Below are positions 27,723-36,011 of a DNA stretch of 64,000 bases, in pieces. The notes under the pieces are model-generated. The model was not told the DNA's origin. It saw only the letters and a list, made by a program, of their open reading frames with translations, and did no database searches. The position numbers and the translations under genes were made by a program. Position 1 is the first letter of the stretch. Each line of letters begins with the position of its first letter. This stretch comes from Myxococcota bacterium (GTDB taxonomy: Bacteria; Myxococcota_A; UBA9160; UBA4427): assembly GCA_036336835.1 (NCBI GenBank), contig JAYZFK010000046.1:1-64000 (forward strand). The letters are read 5' to 3'.

Positions 27723-28432
27723 GGCGCGTTGGTGGCGTCGATCGACTCGTCCGCACTCGCGGGATCGGTGCCCTGCTGGCGCTCGTCCAGCCGGGCCCGC
27801 ACCTCGTCACGAACGCGTTGCCGCTCCTTTTCGGCTTGCTTCTTGCTCTCGAGCCGCTGCGTCTCCACCGGCCGTAGCCGGTTGCGCCGCTCCGCATCGA
27901 AGTTCTCGGGCTCCGAGCCATCCTTCCAGCCGAGGTAGGCGGGACCCGCGTGGCCCGGCCGATTCGGCAACTCGGCATCGCATTTCGCCGCCAGTTGATC
28001 GCGGATGCGATTCAGACAGCCCGTGATGGCGGTGTACTTCGCGTACTGGCTGCAGTGAGTGGCAATGTCGTCGGCACACGCTTGCTGCCAGGAGCGCTTG
28101 AACGCCTCGGCCTGCTCGTACTGGGCCTTGCGCACCTCGGCCGTGTAGTCCGCGCACTCCTGGCTCAGGTCCCCCCTCTTGTAGCGGAATCGCAGGCACT
28201 CGAAGCCGAGGCGCCGGCCCTTCGTGTGTGAGCACTGCTGCTCGTAGTCGTCGGCACAAGGTGTCTCGGCAAAGAGATTCTTCGTCGCCTTCGGCGGGGC
28301 AGAGACCGGCGCTGCCGAGCCCGGTGCAGTCTCGGCAGCCGCTTCACCGGCCGCAAGACCCAGGGAGAGCAGGACAACGAGGATTCCCATCGGAATCCGA
28401 ACCTCGCGTGATCTCGGCATCGAATCCTCCAT
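27719..28432 (-). CDS. Secreted protein with two cysteine-rich (GLG1-like) repeats
   Basis: Signal peptide; CADDYEQQC…CL…LSQEC and CADDIATHC…CL…LAAKC; charged coiled C-terminal tail. Confidence 0.7.
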   Translation of the reverse strand: MEDSMPRSREVRIPMGILVVLLSLGLAAGEAAAETAPGSAAPVSAPPKATKNLFAETPCADDYEQQCSHTKGRRLGFECLRFRYKRGDLSQECADYTAEVRKAQYEQAEAFKRSWQQACADDIATHCSQYAKYTAITGCLNRIRDQLAAKCDAELPNRPGHAGPAYLGWKDGSEPENFDAERRNRLRPVETQRLESKKQAEKERQRVRDEVRARLDERQQGTDPASADESIDATNAP

Positions 28433-28521
28433 GACCCGCTCAACGGGTCCGGCGCCAGAGCGCGTGACACGATGATCCTCGGACGCCGCGCAGGGTAGCC
28501 CGGTTCGCGACGCCGGGCGGC

Positions 28522-29058
28522 TCAGCCGGCGCCCACTGCGGCAGCGAATGGTTTGGGGTCTGCCAGTAGATAGACGTGGGCAGCGTGAGAAGCTTCAGCC
28601 CCGACCCACGAGAGCGTGAGCTGCACCGAGACGAGCCCCGTGTTGAACGGAGCGTGGGTGTCCAGCAATGTTCCCACCAGGGAGTCTTCCCGCAGGGTTG
28701 CGTTGCCTTCCTGCGTCACGCCGAGCGGGTCGAAAACGGTCGCCGCAGCGCGCACCAGCTCGCAGCCGATGCCGTTGTACACGCTCATCGGGTCGCCGCC
28801 GCCACGATCGTCGCGCACCAGCTCGAACGCAGTCTCGGGCTCCATTCCAAACAGGCCGACCTTGGGGAACCGACCCGCAAAGCGGACGAGCACACCGGCA
28901 ATCCGCTCGCCGCCGCCGCACACCTGGGTGCCGGACAGCGTCGAAAGCCTGCCAATCTGCACGCAGCGCGCCACGGCAGCAAGGTCGATCGCCCCGGGGA
29001 GGTCGTTCAGGACTCGATCGAGGGACGCGCGCAACAGCTCTTCTTGCCGGGGTGTCAC
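28522..29058 (-). CDS. Hypothetical protein, possibly a degenerate CheC/CheX-like fold
   Basis: Alpha/beta pattern (VLVRFAG…LF…AFELV…IG) resembles CheC but the ExxN motif is absent; GGAG RBS upstream. Confidence 0.45.
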   Translation of the reverse strand: MTPRQEELLRASLDRVLNDLPGAIDLAAVARCVQIGRLSTLSGTQVCGGGERIAGVLVRFAGRFPKVGLFGMEPETAFELVRDDRGGGDPMSVYNGIGCELVRAAATVFDPLGVTQEGNATLREDSLVGTLLDTHAPFNTGLVSVQLTLSWVGAEASHAAHVYLLADPKPFAAAVGAG

Positions 29059-29217
29059 CTGCAGCTTGTGGTCTCCGTTGGTGCCTCCTGTGTATCGTCT
29101 CCCCGCGCTGGAACCGGAGTATCGAAATCATCAAAATCGGTGGCGCGCGCCGCCCGCCGCTGCGCGCCGGCACCCGGCGCGCAGGCCGAAGGCATCCGAA
29201 GTTATGTTCCGCGCCGC

Positions 29218-29907
29218 ATGAAGCTCGTGATCACCAATGACGACGGCATCGACGAGCCTGGCATCGCCGTGCTCGCGGAGGTGTGCAGCCGTTTCGGGGA
29301 GACGACAGTGGTCGCACCGGCGGCGCCTCGTAGCGCAATCTCGCATCAGGTGACCGAGGCGGGCGCGATCGGGGTCGAGCAGCGGCGTCCCGGCTGGTTC
29401 GCGATCGACGGAACGCCCGCCGACTGCACGCGGCTCGCAGTCCGCGAGCTGTGCCGGGATGCCGACTGGGTCGTGGCCGGGATCAACGCCGGAGCGAATC
29501 TGGGGGTCGACGTGTACGTCTCCGGCACCATCGCCGCCGTGCGCGAGGCCGCCATCCAGGGTGTCCGCGCCGTGGCGCTGTCCCAGCACTTCCGTCGGCA
29601 CGGACGGGTCGACTGGGAGGGCAGCGGGCGGCGGGCCGCGCTCGTGCTGCACGAGGTACTGCAGCGCGAAACGGCCGTCGGCGAGTACTGGAGCGCAAAC
29701 CTCCCCGACCCACTGCCGGGCCGACCAGCAGACGAGATCGTCGAGTGCGAGCTCGACACCAGCCCTGGGGCGGTCGGCTACGAGCGGGTCGGCTCCGGTT
29801 TCCGATGGCGAGCCGACTACCACGACCGGCCGCGACGCCCGGAGAGCGACGTCGACACCTGCTTTGGTGGCCGCATCGCACTGACCCGACTTCGGCTGGG
29901 CGGCTGA
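29218..29907 (+). CDS. surE: 5'/3'-nucleotidase SurE
   Basis: MKLVITNDDG, VVAP, GTPADC, GINAGANLG, SGT. Confidence 0.92.
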   Translation: MKLVITNDDGIDEPGIAVLAEVCSRFGETTVVAPAAPRSAISHQVTEAGAIGVEQRRPGWFAIDGTPADCTRLAVRELCRDADWVVAGINAGANLGVDVYVSGTIAAVREAAIQGVRAVALSQHFRRHGRVDWEGSGRRAALVLHEVLQRETAVGEYWSANLPDPLPGRPADEIVECELDTSPGAVGYERVGSGFRWRADYHDRPRRPESDVDTCFGGRIALTRLRLGG

Positions 29908-29985
29908 CACGGTGTCCTCGCGGCGCCCGTGGACGGAGGCCTCGCGAGCGGATACCTTCGCGAAGCTCCGTTCGGGAGGAGACCC

Positions 29986-30177
29986 ATGTCGAATCGAAAG
30001 CTGGATCGGATGACGCGCCGTCGCGCGCGCACTGGCGCGGCAACGATCGTCATCGGGTCGACGCCGTGCGCAGGCGTCTTTCAGGGCTTTGGCTCCTGGA
30101 AGGTCCGCTCGCACGCGGTCACCGGCGCCGGAGGGAGTTGCAAGAGAAGCCGGCAGGAACTGGGAGTGCCAACGTAA
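29986..30177 (+). CDS. Putative small basic peptide / leader ORF (63 aa)
   Basis: GGAGGAG RBS before the ATG; followed by hairpins and a terminator; no recognisable domain. Confidence 0.3.
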   Translation: MSNRKLDRMTRRRARTGAATIVIGSTPCAGVFQGFGSWKVRSHAVTGAGGSCKRSRQELGVPT

Positions 30178-30200
30178 GGCCAGTCCTGCCAACGCAACGC

Positions 30201-30246
30201 AAGCGAGAGCCCCTCCCGCCACCCGGCCGGAGGGGCTCTCGCTTTT
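30201..30246 (+). terminator. Intrinsic terminator hairpin
   Basis: Perfect 16-bp stem AAGCGAGAGCCCCTCC / GGAGGGGCTCTCGCTT with a 12-nt loop, ending in TTTT. Confidence 0.7.
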
Positions 30247-30297
30247 CAGGAGCACCGAAGGCCCGGCGGGAGGCGGCACTCGAGGAGAGGAGCCGTC

Positions 30298-30660
30298 ATG
30301 GGTCGAAATTCCGTCCCGACTCTGCGCGATGGCTGGCGAGAACGCCTGCTCTGGCGCTCGCTAGCGACCGCACTGATTGCATTGCTGCTCTTCGGCCTGA
30401 TCGCGCTGGCCGAATGGGGAGAGCGCGCTGACGCGGCCCCGATCGCGGGCGTTGCAACGCAGCCCGGCTCGACCGGCCTGATGGCGGATGTGCTGACTCG
30501 AGCGCTCGCGCCACTGCCGCCATTCGTGCTTCCCCTGCCGCAGCTGCCCGCGGTGGGCGCCGCGCCCTCCGCGTGGACCGAGTGCGGGAGCAAGGGCAGC
30601 GGTGCACGCAACCGGCGGCGGCTTGCTCTGCAGGCCGAGCTGTGCGCGTTCGGACCGTGA
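30298..30660 (+). CDS. Hypothetical single-pass membrane protein
   Basis: GAGGAGAGGAG RBS; hydrophobic helix LATALIALLLFGLIALA. Confidence 0.5.
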   Translation: MGRNSVPTLRDGWRERLLWRSLATALIALLLFGLIALAEWGERADAAPIAGVATQPGSTGLMADVLTRALAPLPPFVLPLPQLPAVGAAPSAWTECGSKGSGARNRRRLALQAELCAFGP

Positions 30661-30772
30661 GCCCGCGGGGCCGGAACCACCAGGCGTTCCTGCCCCGCGA
30701 AGGCGCCATGGCGTCGGCGGCCGCCCGCCGCTACCCACTCACTGGACTGTGCGGACATCGGAGGTGGGGACG

Positions 30773-31624
30773 GTGGCCAGGCGAAACAAGGGCGGCAAGA
30801 ACAAGCAGCGCAAGCGGCCGATCCGGACCAAGTTGTCGAAGTCCGCGGACAAGTACGAGCTCTATCAGGAATCGGTCCAGGACCCGCCGGAAGATGCACG
30901 CCTGCTCACGCGCGTCTTCAAGAAGCGCTACGGACACCCGCCGCGGCTGATGCGCGAGGACTTCTGCGCCGCCGCGGCCCTGTCGTGCGCCTGGGTCGCT
31001 GCCAACCCGAACAACCGGGCAATCGGCGTCGACATCGATCCCGAGCCGCTCGACTGGGGTCGCGAGCACAACGTCGCATTGTTGTCGAGCGAACAGCAGG
31101 CGCGACTCGACCTCGTACAGGGGGACGTGCTCGACAATGACACACTCGAGCTGGCCGATATCATCTGTGCCTTCAATTTCTCGTACTGCTGCTTCGACGA
31201 GCGCGACGTGCTGAAGCGCTACCTCGAGCAGTCCCTCTCGCGCCTGCGGCCCGAGGGGTTGTTCTTCCTCGATCTGTACGGCGGCGCGGACGCCATGAGG
31301 ACGATGACCGAGACACGCGATCACGAGGGCTTCGATTACGTCTGGGACCAGGACACCTTCGATCCGATCAACCACAAAGTGATCAACTACATCCACTTCG
31401 AGTTTCCGGACGGGAGCCGCCTGCACAAGGCCTTCCGCTACGAGTGGCGGCTGTGGACCATCCCGGAGCTGCGGGATCTGCTGCGGGAGGTGGGCTTCGG
31501 CGCCGTCACGGTGCTCTGGGAAGGAACGGACCGCAAAACCAACGAGGGCAACGGGATCTACCGGCCTGCCGACAGCGCCCCCGACGACCCCGCCTGGGTC
31601 TCGTACATCGTCGCCGCCAAGTGA
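30773..31624 (+). CDS. Class I SAM-dependent methyltransferase
   Basis: YELYQESVQ, REDFCAAA motif I, GVDID, GDV, AFNFSY, LRPEGLFFLD. Confidence 0.82.
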   Translation: MARRNKGGKNKQRKRPIRTKLSKSADKYELYQESVQDPPEDARLLTRVFKKRYGHPPRLMREDFCAAAALSCAWVAANPNNRAIGVDIDPEPLDWGREHNVALLSSEQQARLDLVQGDVLDNDTLELADIICAFNFSYCCFDERDVLKRYLEQSLSRLRPEGLFFLDLYGGADAMRTMTETRDHEGFDYVWDQDTFDPINHKVINYIHFEFPDGSRLHKAFRYEWRLWTIPELRDLLREVGFGAVTVLWEGTDRKTNEGNGIYRPADSAPDDPAWVSYIVAAK

Positions 31625-31686
31625 ACTCGGCCTCTTGAGGATCCCCGGTTGCCGCTAGAATGCGCGGTCCACTCCGGGAGACCGCC

Positions 31687-32799
31687 ATGAACTTCGACTT
31701 CTCCGAAGACCAGAAGCTCCTCCAGCAGACGGTGCGCGACTACCTGTCCAAGAACTCGCCGCTCTCGCTGTGCCGCGAGGTGCTCGAGTCGGACGCGCCC
31801 TATGCGCCCGACCTCTGGAAGGGCGCCGCCGAGCTGGGCTGGCTCGGCACGGCGATCGACGAACGATACGGGGGCGCGGGCTTCGGGTATCTCGAGCTGG
31901 TACTGATCGCCGAAGAGCTCGGTCGCGCGCTGGCGCCGATCCCGTTCTCCTCGACGCTCTACGGCCCCGCGGAGGCGATACGCCTCGCCGGCACGGATGA
32001 GCAGAAGAGCCGCTATCTCACAAAGATCGCCGCCGGCGAGCTGATCGCGGCGCTCGCCTTCAGCGAGGCGTCCGGTCAGAACGACGTCGAGTCCGCGGCC
32101 ACGACGCTGCAGGGGGGCAAGGTCACAGGAACCAAGCTCCCCGTGATCGATGGCGGCACAGCCGACACGGTGCTCGTGGCCGCGAACAGCGACGCCGGTC
32201 TCTCGCTCGCACTCGTCGACCTCACCGGCAAGGGCGTCACCCGCGAGCCGCTCGAGTCGATCGACCCGAGCCGCCCGCTTGCCAGGCTCAACTTCGACGG
32301 CGCGCCCGCGGAGCTGCTGGGCGCCGAGGGCGAGGGCGCAGCGCTCGCCAGCGACGTGCTCGACCGTGCGGCGGTGTTGATGGCCTTCGAGCAGCTCGGC
32401 AGCGCGACACGCGCGCTCGAGATGACGCGCGAGTTCGTAATGGATCGTTATGCGTTCGGCCGGCCGATCGCATCGTTCCAGGCGGTCAAGCATCGCCTGG
32501 CCGACCTGTGGTGCGAGATCGAGCTCGCGCGCAGCAATTGCTATTGGGCCGCCTGGGCGCTCGATACCGATGACAGCGAGCTCGAGCTGGCCGCCTGCTC
32601 GGCTCGCATCTCGGCGACGAAGGCGCTCGACCTCGCAACGGTCGAGATGATCCAGCTGTACGGCGGAGTCGGCTACACCTGGGAGTACGACTGCCATCTG
32701 TTCTATCGGCGATCGCGCCTGCTGGGCGCGGCGCTCGGCGGCTCCTCCGCGTGGCGCGACCGGCTGGTCGGCCGCGTCGATGCGCGCGCGGCCGCCTGA
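31687..32799 (+). CDS. Acyl-CoA dehydrogenase (likely non-catalytic partner subunit)
   Basis: MNFDFSEDQ, YGGAG, EELGR, RYAFGRPIASFQAVKH, GGVGYTWE; no C-terminal GGTxE. Confidence 0.9.
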   Translation: MNFDFSEDQKLLQQTVRDYLSKNSPLSLCREVLESDAPYAPDLWKGAAELGWLGTAIDERYGGAGFGYLELVLIAEELGRALAPIPFSSTLYGPAEAIRLAGTDEQKSRYLTKIAAGELIAALAFSEASGQNDVESAATTLQGGKVTGTKLPVIDGGTADTVLVAANSDAGLSLALVDLTGKGVTREPLESIDPSRPLARLNFDGAPAELLGAEGEGAALASDVLDRAAVLMAFEQLGSATRALEMTREFVMDRYAFGRPIASFQAVKHRLADLWCEIELARSNCYWAAWALDTDDSELELAACSARISATKALDLATVEMIQLYGGVGYTWEYDCHLFYRRSRLLGAALGGSSAWRDRLVGRVDARAAA

Positions 32800-32848
32800 G
32801 CCGATACGCCGACCACGATCAGACGAATCGAATACATGGAGCAAAACG

Positions 32849-34078
32849 ATGGATTTGAATGACACCCCCGAAGAGGCCTCTTTTCGCGCCGAGGCGCGCG
32901 CATTCCTGGAACAGCATCTGGAGCTCCTGCCGCCGGGCACCCTCAGGCGCGGACTGGCCGAGAACCTGACGGCCGAGGCGGTCGCCGAGGCCCAGGCTTG
33001 GCAGAAGACCAAGGCCGACGGCGGTTGGGCGTGCATCAACTGGCCGGAGGAGTACGGCGGCCGCGGAGCGAGCCCGATCCAGAAGCTGATCTGGGGACAG
33101 GAAGAGGCGCAGTACGAGCACCCGAACACCACCGTGTTCTCGATCGGCACTGGCATGGCCGGGCCCACGATCCTTGCCCACGGGACCGACGAGCAGAAGG
33201 CGGAGTGGATCCCGAAGCTGGTCACGGGCGAAGAGATCTGGTGTCAGCTGTTCAGCGAGCCCTCGGCGGGCAGTGATCTCGCCGGACTGCGCACCTCGGC
33301 CGTCCGCGACGGTGACGAGTGGGTGCTCAACGGCCAGAAGATCTGGACCAGCGGTGCAAACTGGTGCAAGTGGGGCGTGATCGTGACGCGCAGCGATCCC
33401 AACGCCGCAAAGCACGCCGGCCTCACGTACTTCGTAGTCGACATGAGCGACCCGGGCATCGAAATCCGCCCGATCACGCAGATCAACGGCGGGCAGGGCT
33501 TCAACGAGGTGTTCTTCACCGATGTGCGCATCCCCGATGCCTGGCGTCTCGACGAGGTGGGCAATGGTTGGCGCGTCGCGATCACGACACTGATGAACGA
33601 GCGCGTCTCGATCGGCTCGGCGGGCGGCGAGAGCATGATCAGCTCGTTGATCGAGCACGTTCAAGAGCTGAAAATCAACGGCGGACGAGCGCTCGACGAC
33701 CCCGCGGTTCGACAACGCGTCGCAGACTTCTACGTCCGCAGCAAGGGTGTCGAGTTCACCGGACACCGCACAGTGACGAAGCTGTCGCAGGGCGGCATCC
33801 CCGGGCCCGAGGCGAGCCTCGGCAAGCTCATCGCCGGCGCCCTGATTCAGGACATCGCGAGCTACGCGATGGATCTCGAGGGCCAGGCGGGCTCGATCAT
33901 GGCCGACTCGGGCTTCCAGGCGAGCTATCTGGGCAGCCCGGGCCTGCGCATCGCCGGCGGCACGGACGAGGTCCTGCGCAACATCATCGCCGAGCGAGTC
34001 CTGGGGCTCCCTCCCGAAACGCGAATGGACAAGGACATCGCCTTCAAGAACATCCCCACAGGCCCGCCCAGCAAGTAG
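32849..34078 (+). CDS. Acyl-CoA dehydrogenase (catalytic subunit)
   Basis: WPEEYGG, WCQLFSEPSAGSDLA, GQKIWTS, FNEVFF, IAGGTDEV. Confidence 0.92.
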   Translation: MDLNDTPEEASFRAEARAFLEQHLELLPPGTLRRGLAENLTAEAVAEAQAWQKTKADGGWACINWPEEYGGRGASPIQKLIWGQEEAQYEHPNTTVFSIGTGMAGPTILAHGTDEQKAEWIPKLVTGEEIWCQLFSEPSAGSDLAGLRTSAVRDGDEWVLNGQKIWTSGANWCKWGVIVTRSDPNAAKHAGLTYFVVDMSDPGIEIRPITQINGGQGFNEVFFTDVRIPDAWRLDEVGNGWRVAITTLMNERVSIGSAGGESMISSLIEHVQELKINGGRALDDPAVRQRVADFYVRSKGVEFTGHRTVTKLSQGGIPGPEASLGKLIAGALIQDIASYAMDLEGQAGSIMADSGFQASYLGSPGLRIAGGTDEVLRNIIAERVLGLPPETRMDKDIAFKNIPTGPPSK

Positions 34079-34128
34079 CCGGCCGAAGAGCGGGCGGGAC
34101 CCGGGCCTCACGAACCAGGATGGTTGCA

Positions 34129-35928
34129 ATGCGCGTATCGAGTCTCGTTCTCGGATTGATCCTCCTCGGCTGTGGCGGGGCGGAGATGCCTCCCGAGGCG
34201 GATCCGGCCTCACGGCGGACGCTGGTCTCGGGCGACGTGGTCGGCTATTCGCATCCCGACCGGCCGGCACACGTCTGGAAGGGAATTCCCTTCGCCAAGC
34301 CGCCGACCGCGCAGCTTCGCTGGCGCGCGCCCGTGCCGCCCGAGCGCTGGGAGGGTGTGCGCCAGGCGACCGTCTCCGGCAATGAGTGCGTGCAGCTCGC
34401 CATGACGGATCCGACCGAGATCACCGGCGACGAGGATTGTCTGGTCCTCGACGTCTATGCGCCGCGGTTCGCGCCGGACGCGGTGCCGACGGGCCGCGAC
34501 CGCAAGCCCGTCATGGTGTTCATCCACGGCGGCGGCAATTCGATCGGAAGCGCGGTCGTATACGATGCGTCCCGACTCGCGGTCGAGGGCGACGTGATCG
34601 TGATCCCGATCCAGTACCGCCTCGGCGTCCTCGGCTGGCTCAGCCACCCGGCGCTGCGCGCGGGTGCCGCGACCGCAGACGACGCATCGGGCAACTTCGG
34701 CACGCTCGACACGATCCGCGCGCTCGAGTGGGTTCGCGACAACGTGGCCCGCTTCGGTGGCGACCCCGACAACGTGACGATCTTCGGCGAGTCGGCCGGT
34801 GGCATCAACGTGTTCGCGCTGTTGCTCTCGCCGCGCGCGAACGGCCTGTTTCACAGAGCGATCTCACAGAGCGGCATCCTGATGAGCACGCCGGTTTCAC
34901 AGGCCGAGGCGTTTGCCGACGACGACCCGCGCGACGCAGGCTCGGGCGAGTTCCTGCTCCGGTATCTGGTGCACGATGGTACGGCCCCGGACCGGGAGGC
35001 GGCGAAGACCGCGCTGGCCGCGCTCGGACACGATGAGATCGAGGCCTATCTGCGCGGCAAGAGCACGGCCGAGCTACTCGCGATCTTCCAGGACACGATG
35101 ATGGGCGGGATGTACTTCGTCCCGCAGATCTTCCGAGACGGTCACGTGATCCGCGACGCGGAGCCGCTGGAAGCCTTCGCCGATCCCTCCGGTCACAACG
35201 CCGTCCCGACGATTGCGGGAACGAATCGCGAGGAGACCAAGCTCTTCGCGCTCGCGGGCTCGCCGAACGTCTCGACGCTGTTCGGCCTGCCGACGCGGGT
35301 GAACGACCAGCGCGGCTTCGACCTCGAGGGTGAGTACGGCGGCCTGCTGTGGAAGGCGCAGGGGTCGGATGAGCCAATGGCCGCGCTGCGACGTGCCGGC
35401 CGCGAGGATATCTGGAGCTACCGGTTCGACTGGGACGAAGAGGGGAGCCTGCTGTGGCTCGACCTGTCCAAGCTGATCGGCGCGTCTCACGCGGTCGAAA
35501 TGCTCTTCGTGTTCGGATTCACTGATCTCGGCCGATGGACCGACAGCGTCTTCGCCGATCCGCCCTCGGCCACGCGCCTGTCCGAGCAGATGCGCTCCTA
35601 CTGGACGGGCTTCGCGCGCACCGGCAACCCCGGCAGCGGTGCCGACGGCACGCTCACAACCTGGGAGCCCTGGAGCGACGGCCGCTACCTGCTGTTCGAC
35701 AGCGCCGACGGCGGCGGGCTGCGGATGGCCGACGAGACGGCCACAGTCGAGTCGGTCGTCGCGCGCCTGGAGTCCGACGACCGGGTCATCGACACCGAGG
35801 AACGCTGCGCGCTCTACCGGGGGCTCGTGCTGTGGAGCGGCGCCTTCGAGAGCGAGGATTACGAAGCCTTCGTCGATGGGGCCTGCAAGCCGTGGCCCCT
35901 GGACCTCGGGGCGATCGCCGGCAACTGA
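34129..35928 (+). CDS. Type-B carboxylesterase, lipoprotein
   Basis: Lipobox LLGC; GIPFA, EDCL, HGGG, FGGDPDNVTIFGESAGG, ASHAVE. Confidence 0.9.
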   Translation: MRVSSLVLGLILLGCGGAEMPPEADPASRRTLVSGDVVGYSHPDRPAHVWKGIPFAKPPTAQLRWRAPVPPERWEGVRQATVSGNECVQLAMTDPTEITGDEDCLVLDVYAPRFAPDAVPTGRDRKPVMVFIHGGGNSIGSAVVYDASRLAVEGDVIVIPIQYRLGVLGWLSHPALRAGAATADDASGNFGTLDTIRALEWVRDNVARFGGDPDNVTIFGESAGGINVFALLLSPRANGLFHRAISQSGILMSTPVSQAEAFADDDPRDAGSGEFLLRYLVHDGTAPDREAAKTALAALGHDEIEAYLRGKSTAELLAIFQDTMMGGMYFVPQIFRDGHVIRDAEPLEAFADPSGHNAVPTIAGTNREETKLFALAGSPNVSTLFGLPTRVNDQRGFDLEGEYGGLLWKAQGSDEPMAALRRAGREDIWSYRFDWDEEGSLLWLDLSKLIGASHAVEMLFVFGFTDLGRWTDSVFADPPSATRLSEQMRSYWTGFARTGNPGSGADGTLTTWEPWSDGRYLLFDSADGGGLRMADETATVESVVARLESDDRVIDTEERCALYRGLVLWSGAFESEDYEAFVDGACKPWPLDLGAIAGN

Positions 35929-36011
35929 GCCATGGGACCCGCACTCGCCGGGAAACGACGTACGGACGAGTCCGGAGTTCGCCGATAGGAAGCCAGGACA
36001 GTGGAGGGCCG

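Noticed and set aside
30140..30270. SAM-IV or glycine riboswitch
   Set aside because: Only short word matches (GAGTGCCA, CACCGAAG); the required helices and motif order are missing. Kept only as a generic structured leader.
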